From Dicyema japonicum (taxonomy: Eukaryota; Animalia; Dicyemida), in the NCBI GenBank assembly GCA_011109175.1, contig RDEW01000021.1, positions 197,080-261,079 on the forward strand: a stretch of DNA of 64,000 bases, written 5' to 3'. The stretch's first letter is position 1. Every line of letters starts with the position of its first letter. The notes beneath the pieces were generated by a model. The model was given only the letters and a program-made list of their open reading frames with translations, searched no databases and was not told the DNA's origin. Below, one piece after another: positions 54,269 to 64,000 of this stretch. A program made the position numbers and the translations under genes.

Positions 54269-54541
54269 TATGGCTGCCGTTTACTTTTTGACAGTTCCCT
54301 GAACGTTTTAAAAGCAAATAAACCTCGTGGATTCAAATTTCGCTGACCAATCATTAAGATCCTGGATGGCTCTCTCGTGGACTTTCTGACCAAAATTATT
54401 ATTCCACGAAGGATCGCATTTAGCAATGACGTTGAAATTCCAGAAATCTAGGAAGGATTTAGTGTTCTCTGAATCCCAATAATCATTCAGGTTCTTCCAA
54501 AATTCATCATTCAACGGAGTAAATGACCTATTTTCACCCAT
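54269..54541 (-). CDS. Small unknown protein, copy 2
   Basis: Near-identical to 27825-28097; TATAAA about 45 nt upstream in both copies. Confidence 0.55.
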
Positions 54542-54839
54542 TTTCGAATTTTTACGTTAATTTGAGTAAATATTCTGCGCAGTTTATAAGTCACAGGCGC
54601 TACGCGTTTCCGAGCGCTACGCGTGACCCGAGTGGACCTAGAAAAAAATCAAAAAAATGTTTTTTGATTTATTTATCAAGTTAATAAATATAATTTGACC
54701 AAACTTGCGATACTAGTAAGAATTTTTTTATGAAATTTTAGAATTTGTTACAATTATAATAGACAGAAACTTGCTTTAATAAATTTTATTTATAAAAACA
54801 ATTATAAATGATTTTGACAGAGTTTTAAAGTTAAGTCCA

Positions 54840-55110
54840 CCTTAAAAAACTACCTGAGTGATCTGGCCGATTTTGGAATTAGGTTTGTAGGTCCCAGAGC
54901 TGCAAACGCTTCTTTGATAAACGAATGAATATTAATAAAAAAAAGATTTAGATAATCATTTTTTTGGAGACAGGATTACCTATGCGTTTCCACGTAATAC
55001 GGCAATACCTATTCGTTGTCTGAGCCAGGAGTCGTGGGGTTCTTTTTTCGGCTTGCTAGTTTCCTTCCTGTTTCTTCAGAAAGGCCGCAGTTAGGAAAAA
55101 ACGCTTCTTA
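54840..55110 (-). mobile_element. CRE-type fragments
   Basis: WLRQRIGIAVLRGNA. Confidence 0.6.
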
Positions 55111-55379
55111 ACAAAGATACTGGAGAAAAATTTTTTTCAAGTAATTTAAAATTAAGATTATGTTAAAAATATTCATCTTTAATTAATTTAAAATTAAGAT
55201 TATGTAAAAATATTTATCATTAATTAATTTTTTGATACGTTTCATGTGATTTTTTTTCTTATTTCCATCGGCCAATTTTGGTGGATTGAATTCGAATTAA
55301 ATCAATATTATCGAAAAGAAAACCCTTTTGCCCAATTGATGAATTTGCGTAGCCACTAATTCCATCCTTTCTTGAACTA

Positions 55380-56465
55380 TGATATGACCCTCTTTTCTCG
55401 TGATGCTCCAGGCCGCGTGCTTAGGTATTTTATGTTTCCTAAGATTGACTATCTTGTCTCTTCCATGTACAAGGCAGAGATTTGGGCTGAAACTTTCTGT
55501 CAAACCAAACTCCCTTTAGTTCCTTGTTTAGTTCAGCCACTGTAGAGACCAGAGCGAGACGGATATACTTGTAATGATGCTTTAGACACTTTCAATGAGA
55601 ACCAAGTTACCACCTCCCTATTTTGCTACCAACTACTCCACAGCCAATATCAGGGATACTACTATATCGGTCAATTAGTAGTTTGAAGTAAAAGCAGAGT
55701 AAGACGAAGGGGTACATTCGTAATGAGGCGACAGACTTTCTATGATAGAGCCATATCGTCAACTGTGCTATTTCGACAAACTTGGGAGACAACCAAACTC
55801 ATATCCTTGAGAGACGTTTACCAAATTAAGGAATACATAAAAAAAGTCAAAATATTTATTTGAAGACAAAAATGGCTGCTATTTATTAGGAGAAAGACAT
55901 GCCCATTAGGGGAACTAAGCCTCTTCCATAAAATTTCTAAAGAATTTTTAGCATGAGAGGTGTCTTATATGAATTTACACGTAACCAGACACCTCATCAA
56001 ATTCTAACTTAATACTAGACACGTGGACGATTTGGGAGATCTACGGTGGACAAAAATATAATAAGGAAGGACAGAATCTTTATCAGTCAATTTCTGTAAA
56101 GACATCTGGAATGCTAGGCTGAGTACAATAGTTAGTCGAAATTACTAACCAGAACAGGGAAACGAAAGAGAGAACCCTGCAATGGCTCGACAAAAACATG
56201 GGGGTAACAAAAAAAGCATTGATTATACTTAAACTTTGAGTAAAAAATTTCTACTTATTAATCCTAAGTGAGATGAAATGGTCAACCAGTTACTTCCGTA
56301 ACCAATATCTCAGTTTGATTGGAGTTTGTTGGGATTTTATAAATTCTGATTTTTAAAAAAAAATTCAAAAAAGAATTTTCGGGTCCAACTTCAATAATGA
56401 TACCAAAGACCACGGTAACATCAAACTAACTAATCACGTGATCCCAGCACGCTCTTGCAGAGACC
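55380..56465 (+). repeat. Second copy of the about 1-kb duplicated block
   Basis: Colinear with 28820-29757. Confidence 0.7.
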
Positions 56466-58920
56466 TTCGTATCTACGACTCTGAAAAAAGGTGTGGGATA
56501 TTTGACACACCAAACTAAGACAGTTATTATTATTATTACCACTGATCACTGGGTCAAAGAGAAAGAAATAAAAGTTCTCAGCTAACTAAGTGATCCCAGA
56601 CCGACAAAGGAGAGGACGAGTCCGGCGGGGTCTAGAATCCTGAACAGCTCTTTTCATTGGACATGGCATCGGCTCAAAATTTCTGTATGATTGTAGATAT
56701 TTCGATAGTGCATGGAATAGAGGGCAGCTCGGTAAAATTGCCTCCTTTAAGAGTTTCCGTTGTAATTCGATTAAGAAATTTTCAATGGGTTGGATTTTGT
56801 TAATAGGAATAGCTTCGTTCTTCATAAAAACTTTTGGTTCGATACAGAGCTGTCTTTTGTAGGTGGTAAACAATGTGACAAAGGACTTTGTTGCTGATGT
56901 GTAGAGTCTCCGCTTCGAGAGCCATAGTTCCAGCTTGTCAAGCATTTGTTGAGCGGACTGAGTCGCTGATTGAATGCTTCTGTCCTTGGAGGTAAGAATG
57001 ATATCGTCGGCATAGGAGAAGATTAGACAGTTTTCATTACAGGTTTGTGGCATGTCGTTTATGTAGAGATTGAAGAGTTGGGATGATAGTGGGGATCCTT
57101 GAGGGACTCCATTTGAGAAATAACGAGATCTTGATTTGATGTTGTTGCAGAGTACTTGTGCTCGTCTTCCATTTAGGAAGTTTCCAAGCCAAAGTTTCAG
57201 GTTCGGGATGAATGTTGATTTCAAATATTTTCTTTGCTATGAGTTTCCTAGGGACTGAGTCGAACGCTTTTGTGATGTCCACGGATATAAGTACTGTCCT
57301 CTGATGGGGTTTGGGGGAGTTAAATCCTTCCGAAATGAATTGTGTGAGGGTTGTAAGGTGTGTTGTGGTCGAATGGTTATCCCGGAATCCGTGCTGGGTC
57401 GGAGGTATTGAGATTGAGTCTTGTATTTTTTCCAAAACAAGCCTTTCGAGGATCCTTGAGACCGGACTCAGAATAAATATTGGGAGATAGGAAGATGGTT
57501 CATCTACTGATAGGTCTGATTAGAGACTTCTTCCATATTTCAGGGATTGTATTTGTGTTAATGGATAGGTTGAAGATATAGGCTAATAGTTCCAGGGCTC
57601 GATGGCCTCGGTGCTTCTGTTCACATGTGGTTATGTTGTCTGGTCCTTTGGCCTCTGAGTTGTTGGCCTTAGATGTGGCTCTGCGAACATCCTGACTAGT
57701 AAATAGGATCCAGTTATCGGAGCGTTTCGGTTCAATCTTTTTCAGGAATACTTGGTGTTCTTTTGAAAACTTCTTGTAGGATATAGACGAATATTTTATC
57801 AGAGTGTCTGGTTTTTTACTTCGAACACTCCGGGGAGGATCTTTTGATGTTCTTGATCAACTTCCACACTCTCTGCATTGGGGGGGGTTTTTGCAGAGAG
57901 CCTTCGATAGTCTCGTCCATCTATTTGCATTTTCTGCCTTTATGTTTGTTATCGATCTCTCTGTTCAATTCTCGTATTTTTCTGATGTTCTCTTCTGTTG
58001 GCGATTATACCATCTTTAGATTATTTCGTTCTATGATCTGATGTCGTTGTGTTGAAACGTTTTGATGACGTAGGTTGTCTCCCCATAGGAATGTACTTCT
58101 TTTTTCTTAGCGAACCATTTCACTAATTGTTCGACGGAGGGAAAAGTGGGGAAATTTAATAGTCCAATACGATTATTGACGTAATCCTTGAATCCATTCC
58201 AATTCGCAAGGCTGTAGTTAGTTATTGTTGCGCATTGTCCTTTTATCCGTGACCTTGTTTTGAACTCCAAAAATATTGGGTTTAGTGTGTCACTCATGGT
58301 GTCATACTTCATTGACCAGTCAATAAATGGGGCCAAGGACGGTGATGACAATGAGATGTCGATAGAAGGTTTATCGTTACGTCGAGTAGGTGTTCTTGTA
58401 TGAGATGCAGGATCGTTGAGTATACATAGGATATGTAGGTCCTCAATTATCATCTTCCCTCTTTTGTCGTAGGTTTGTCCTTTCAGCCACAGTGGGTGCT
58501 TCGTATTGAAGTCACCACAGATAATCACATCCTTCAGTGATGCGAGAGGAGTGAGTCTGGGAGCACTGGACGAGCAGGAACTCAACGGTGGGAGATATGC
58601 GTTGACAATTATTATTGATAGTCTTGGGAATCGTACTTTGCTAACCAAAAGTTTTAGATTTCCATATCCTTTAAGCATACTGTAGACACTGTTAGTTAAA
58701 TCCTCAAACAAATGCCGTTGCGAATAACTGTGAGAAAGCCCCCACCAAGTTTGCCAATTCTGTCACGGCGAATTACTGTGAATCCCGAAAATACTGGTGT
58801 TGAATTCTTTGGAGAAAGTTTAGACTCTTGAATTAGCAACAGATCGATGTGATTTTCTTTCACAAATGTCCTAAGTTCGAGTATCTTGATTCCATTTATG
58901 TTGAGTTGGACTATTCTGGC

Positions 58921-58947
58921 TGGTCCAGGGTTTGCCTCAACGTCTCC
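58921..58947 (-). other. 2A-like StopGo peptide motif GDVEANPG/P
   Basis: Exact match to D(V/I)ExNPGP, in frame immediately upstream of APE. Confidence 0.9.
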
Positions 58948-58997
58948 GCAGCGGCGCAGGCCTTCCTTATTGGTCCACCCGTGAAGATAGAGGAAAT

Positions 58998-59049
58998 TGT
59001 GGTTCTTTTTTCCAAATGCCACCACGCCGTCGGCGAGCCACATGACATT
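58998..59049 (-). ncRNA. HDV-like / Pr77-hallmark-like pseudoknot at the element 5' end
   Basis: P1 AATGTCA/TGGCATT, P2 TGTGGCTC/GAACCACA, GCC..CGTGGT core; no P4 and no obvious catalytic C. Confidence 0.5.
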
Positions 59050-59061
59050 AAATTAAATTAT

Positions 59062-60091
59062 TAACCCCGGCTTCGCCAGCAAGTGGGAAGCCGGCGACCA
59101 TCAGAGAGCGTGCAGTCCGGACAGGCCGCTCCCAGAGATCCTCGACTTTTGCATCCGGTGGTCCAGGGCAGGGAAAAGGTCCCGAACTACTCTGCCAGCC
59201 AGAGAAGGGTGGTGTCCACATCGTAGGCGAGCCAGTCCGATTCTGATCTTCCTCGGGAGCGATTGTTCCGTTGGACTGATATCAGGGGGGAAGCGCTCCA
59301 AGACTTTGTTATATTGAAGTGTCCTAATGGCCCGTGTTGAGATGAAATCATGGATTCGGCGGGTCCAAGTTGAGTCTTATTGAGGGGGGGTGATCTTCGA
59401 CAAGGCTCTTTGTAGGTCAAAGAGGGTCCTGCGTATGTATCTGCGGTTATTGTTACTTAGCAGAGCGTGAACTGGGTGATTCGGGTCGAACGACTGCCGT
59501 AGGAATTTGAATTACGCATTTCCAGGTGGTCATAGAGCGGGAGGATTTTCGACTCCCAATGTAAATGGTCGGTGGGGTTGACTTTAAGCAGCCAGTTATT
59601 ATTCTCAGCGCCGAGTTTTGCACTTTCTGCAGTTCTTGAGAAAGGGACAAGGAGATTGAGGGGGCCCAACTTGGTGAGGCGTAGTTGAGTGTAGTCCTGA
59701 TGAACTGTTTGTAGAGAAGAGTTAAGTTTTCTTTTTGCTGACCGTTTGAGTGGCCAGCTACTGCCCGTAATATGTTAAGTTTCCGCTTGGCTTTTGTCAT
59801 TACTTCCTCCACTTGTCTGTTGAAACAGAGTGAAGGATCGAAGACAACTCCAAGGATCTTCGGGTATTTATTTAAGGGGAGTGGTTCGTCTCCCAACGAG
59901 AGTGTGGGGTTTAGGTTGAATTGTCTTCGATCGGTTGTGAACAGGGTAGCTGATGACTTCGAGGTGGAAACACTCATCCAGTTTAAGTTCATCCAGTCGG
60001 ATAGCAAGTTCAGGTGGTACTGCACTTTTTCGGTGGCCAGTCGAACATCGCCACTCCTGGATGCGATTACTAGATCATCGGCATATGTCAA
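59062..60091 (-). mobile_element. 5'-truncated Ingi/Vingi-type element (RT C-terminal half to 3' end)
   Basis: YADDL, ILGVVFDPSL, LARLRCGHHPSL; no RNase H evident; 3' hairpin CCGGCTTC...GAAGCCGG. Confidence 0.85.
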
Positions 60092-60215
60092 TAGTAACGT
60101 ATTGTCGGTAGAATATACTGTTTGTATAACTAAGACAGTTAAGCGAACAATTTATTTATTTATTTAATGGTGATTCTTTTATTAAAATAAATAAAATTAA
60201 ATAAATATATGTGTT

Positions 60216-62382
60216 ATGGTCGGAAGGGTTATGTTTCATTCTGACAAAAAAGTGAATAATTTATGAATTTTTAAGATATCGACAATCTGCCTAGATCATT
60301 ATAAATCTAGTCTTTTACTAGCCGGGTACCCTTTCGGACTCATTTGAAGGAATAGCACCATTTATCACGTTCAACCCAACTTTAACACGATTTCCCACCT
60401 CAATTCTCGAATTGACGTTGATGAGAAGAATATTGACAACTGTTTCATCTCCAAAATCACCAGTATCTCATCCAAATCGAGAACGTTCGCTTACAGCGTT
60501 TACACGTGTTTTTTAAGCCAGGTTGGATGCGACATTTTTGTCGACGACTTTAATGCGGAGACGAATGCTGCGATTTGGAGGTCTCATACCAAACCAATCA
60601 CGTGCCTGGACTCTCGTGGTCCCAATTTCCTGATTTCAGGCTCTGCTGATGGCTGTGTGTGCACATGGGACTTAAGGTAACTAATTTATGACATTTCGCA
60701 GAATTGGGCGAAAATGTGTCGATATAATCGAATTTAAAGGTAAATGAGTGAAATATTCTCAGTTGGGTCGATCTACCACGTGAAATGTCGTCCAGTAGAT
60801 TCTTCTACATGCTTTGCGGTGGGTTATGAGTCGTTCGTACAGTTGTATGATCTCAGGGTCTGTTGTAAAGTCACGTGACAGAACTCTCGAAATCCGATGC
60901 TCTTTTCTGTGTGCAGTGGGGACTACGTGACGAGTTTGGAATTCTCTCCTAAAAATGGGAACAAACTGATCGCTGCGAGCAACCATCGGCACTGCAAGGT
61001 TCAGCTCACGTGATTGGTAGATCTGGAGTCTCGAGGATCTGACCGAGAACGAAGTTGTCTATAAAGAACCCATTTTGAAGTTAAAATGCGACGTAGGCGT
61101 TTTTAAGGAATAATTAGCCAGACGATAGATTTCTGTTTGGATTGGCTTCCTCAAAATCTGTCCAACCCACGTGCTTAAAATCGGACTGTTCTCAGCTTGT
61201 TAATATTCGATTCTTCTCGGATTTGTCGAAATGTGAGTACATTTCCGACTTTAACTATGATTTCTACGATTTTTTCATTGTCGGTTTGCCACGTGGTTGC
61301 TATTATAGTTCCCCCAATGTATTCGGACAGTTTCTCCATGTTTCTGATCACGTGGGCTCACAGACACAACCTGACGGTGCATGATATAAGCCACTACTAT
61401 AGTAAAGTAATTGTTTGATGTAAGCAGGGTACTCACAAATCACTATGGACTTCCAACCACGTGGACGTTTCCAGCCATTTGTGGCCGTCCTCCTACTTGT
61501 CTATCTGCGAATATCCCTGGCTGTCTTTGTTGTTGAAATTGGAGACTGATTTCCTTGGACATGTCATCTTTGAAGACGTCTCCTCGACTTCCTCATGTGT
61601 AGGTTTCTCACAGTACCGGAAGTTATACCCTGAAAGTCGTCAGTGGAGTCTGTTTGGCCATTTTTTACTTAAAATACACTCTGATTGACTTTAATGACTA
61701 CGATAAGTCCATACCGTGGACAAGCTCACCTGTGAGGACTCAGAACTAAAATCTGCTGTAGAAAAAATCATTATGCCTAGATTTATTCCGCTGTCGACGA
61801 AAATGGGGATCTTCACAAAATATGTGAAACTATCATTAATGTATTTACCGTTGTCATCCTCAGAGTTCGACCACTTCGAGTATTCCGGAGAAAAATGATA
61901 TTTTATACCTGTATTTTGTGTTTTAGAGTTAGAACCGACCTGAATAACTTTAAAGAGTTTTGTGAGTGTAATGCGGAGATTTCGAAGCCTTATAAGTACG
62001 TCTTGTGTAATGTAGGGATTTTAATGTTTGCTTAGTTCTGGAAGATTGTGGGGGAAAGCTACAGTTATGGATTCACGGTTAGCATGAAAAACCTGTTTAA
62101 AAGGACGTTGTGCTTGGTGTTATTGGATAGGTTGATATATTACACCGAATTTTGGGATGCTCAGTCGTTGTTTATGGTGATGTTAACTCTCGACTACTTT
62201 AAGGTGGATTTTTTGTGATTTGTAGAAAAACCCTTCGGATGAGAGAAAAGTGGATTACTTTGAGGTTTTCGTGTTTATACATTTTGTAGAAGAAATTGAG
62301 TCTTAGCAATGGGATTATACTTAGTGATTACCGTGATTTGTATGGGGGTTGCTCATTGGATGGAGATTTATCTCATGGATGA
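60216..62382 (+). CDS. WDR24: GATOR2 subunit WDR24 (Sea2), WD40 propeller; C-terminal zinc/RING region not found
   Basis: Spliced MVGRVMFHSD...LLLAGNS, HTKPITCLD...LISGSADGCVCTWDLR, VQLYDLR, CECNAEI, LIYYTEFWDAQSLFMVMLTL; 22-25 nt introns. Confidence 0.72.
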
Positions 62383-62599
62383 CTTTTATTGATAAATATT
62401 TTTTTTATTCAGTTAGTCCGTTTTTGTGTGAATTCCCAGTTTTGGGGACAATTAATGAGATGATTCTAGAAAGGCAGATATGGATCGGTTAGTCACCCCT
62501 ATCGCCTCATTACGGGTGACTCTTTTCCTCTTTAATCTGCATGGATTATATGAGATGCTTTGGAGATATTAGGTAGAGAAGGTGAGTAAACGTCCTGAG

Positions 62600-62920
62600 A
62601 AACTATGTTAGAACGTGGAGGAACTCTTCCAGAGTCTAAGGACGGCCACATGAGGATCCAAAGAGATCAGGTTGCCGACTGGTCCAGGTTGACTTGTAAA
62701 AGTCGCTTCCAATTCTGGCAGAATAAGATTCGAATCGGGATACTTCGTCCTTCCAACACTTTCTTCGTTCAAAACTAAGGAATTCCGATGTCTGCCTGCA
62801 TATTCATCAGAATAAAAAAGACAAAGGCTTTCATTCACCGAAGGTAAGTAGACATATCGTGTGATAGAGGTGCGTCACACCACAAACTTCCAACCAACTA
62901 ACCACGTCCATACAAAAGTT
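62600..62920 (-). pseudogene. Degenerate FN3-like family fragment
   Basis: SQPGPVGNL...LRLW; family DNA motif at 62830-62885. Confidence 0.45.
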
Positions 62921-63007
62921 GATTGTTATTATGTCACATGGGCGCGTAACGCATGGGCAGCCTGTTACATTTTTTCGACCTTGAAAAGGTCTTTTGATTA
63001 TTCGACA

Positions 63008-63110
63008 TTATTATTATTATTACCCCCAGGATCACTGGGTCAAAAAGAAAGAAATAAAAGTTCTCATCTAACTAAGTGATTCCAGACCGACAAAGGTGAG
63101 GATGAGTCCC
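63008..63110 (-). mobile_element. About 100-bp 3' tail of the 56525-59049 element family
   Basis: Closely matches 56525-56622, including the (TAA)n tail. Confidence 0.8.
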
Positions 63111-63249
63111 TCATTGGATTATCCGACATTTAACTTTTTATATCCGATTTATATTGTGATTTAATCCTGTTAAATTAGTTTTTTATTCATAAATATTATG
63201 ATTATAAAGATTTTATTTTTTTATAGCGGTAAACCTAGATTTCTAGCGT

Positions 63250-63893
63250 GATTTATAGCATGGAAGATTATTTTGTTGCAATGGCTTCTTACAAGAGTTT
63301 TGTGAAAGATTGCGTTGAATATCAAAATTTAAAAGATGCTTTGCATGATAAATTTCCCGAAAATCTTCCGAGGCACCGAAAATATAGGCTTGTAAAGAAG
63401 ATAGAGTATTGTAAATTTGCAATAATTTTCTTAAATCAACTGATTCCAATTAATGGTCATTGATATATATGGTAGGTTGGTTTTTTTTTTATTTAGATTC
63501 GCTTTTGTACGACCACTGTATAATAAGTCTGGTAAAGAAGTATGTGAAAACTTAAGATCTTTGTTCCGCCTGAATGGGCCATGTAAATTTCTTCAGTCGG
63601 ACAATGGTTCTGAATTTAAAAATCAAAAAATAACAAAATTTTGCGAAGATTTTAACATTAAAAAAATTCCACGAGCACAAGGAATTGTCGAAAGATTTAA
63701 TCAGACGATCACGAGGAAGTTGTCAAAAATGCTGGATAACAGTGAAAAAAAGTGGCTTGATAAATTAGAAAGTGCTGTCTACAGTTGTAACATATCGGTC
63801 CATTCATTTTCCAACGAAAGTCCTTTCGAAAGATATCGAGGAATTAAGGGAATAAATTCAATAATTAATGGTTATACTTATATCACATTATGA
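63250..63893 (+). mobile_element. Ginger-like DDE integrase containing a 21-nt intron
   Basis: FVKDCVE, MVIDIYG[intron]RFAFVRPL, LQSDNGSEF, PRAQGIVERFNQTI. Confidence 0.75.
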
Positions 63894-64000
63894 CTTAGAT
63901 AATTTAAGTGATGAGTGTGCAATTCCAGAACAAATTGACGATTTGGTTAATTGTTCGACTCCAGAATCTATTGAAAATTCACGTAGTTGATTTAAAAAAT

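Larger units (their letters stand above)
56525..59049 (-). mobile_element. Ingi/Vingi (L1Tc-like) non-LTR retrotransposon with both ends, internally deleted and frameshifted
   Basis: 5' pseudoknot; 2A motif GDVEANPGP; APE (QLNING, IQESKL, CGDFN, IDISL); RT (QHGFR, DITKAFDSV, GVPQGSPLS, YADD); 3' UTR with (TAA)n tail. Confidence 0.9.

Noticed and set aside
60216-62382. DTL/CDT2 identity for the WD40 gene
   Set aside because: The N-terminal GRxM motif and the post-propeller CxxNA and YYxExxDxQ segments fit WDR24 better.
1-64000. Alternative genetic code or stop readthrough as the cause of fragmented ORFs
   Set aside because: In the genes I spliced, stops fall inside removable GT-AG mini-introns or follow single-base slips; spliced frames read cleanly in the standard code.
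1-64000. Prokaryotic systems (CRISPR array, retron, DGR, group II intron)
   Set aside because: No regularly spaced repeat-spacer array; all RTs carry eukaryotic non-LTR motifs.

Overview
Eukaryotic (animal-type) nuclear DNA in the standard genetic code, not prokaryotic. Seven recognisable host genes form ultra-compact islands: CFAP47 (running off the left edge), NDUFC2, SLC25A10, RIC8, RB1CC1/FIP200, a long TPR gene (probably TTC6) and WDR24. All are broken by very many 21-26 nt GT-AG introns, which explains the fragmented ORF track. That intron size in an animal suggests a dicyemid-like reduced parasite (inference). Between the islands is transposon debris: RTE, Ingi/Vingi-type and CRE-type non-LTR elements, pogo and hAT DNA transposons, intron-bearing Ginger-like integrases and tRNA-derived SINEs. 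Scattered through it are many broken paralogues of a fibronectin type III (FN3)-like gene family. Best leads: (1) an Ingi/L1Tc-style element with a 5' HDV-like pseudoknot, a 2A StopGo peptide, APE and RT; (2) a 112-bp element made almost only of the same pseudoknot, flanked by a 15-bp direct repeat; (3) tiny introns with no donor consensus, alternating with 25-29 nt micro-exons; (4) a 4.3-kb hAT element with TIRs and an 8-bp TSD enclosing other transposons; (5) a dispersed FN3 pseudogene archive. Single-base frameshifts in homopolymers are most likely assembly errors. Gene models were spliced by hand and only partly, so many boundaries are approximate.
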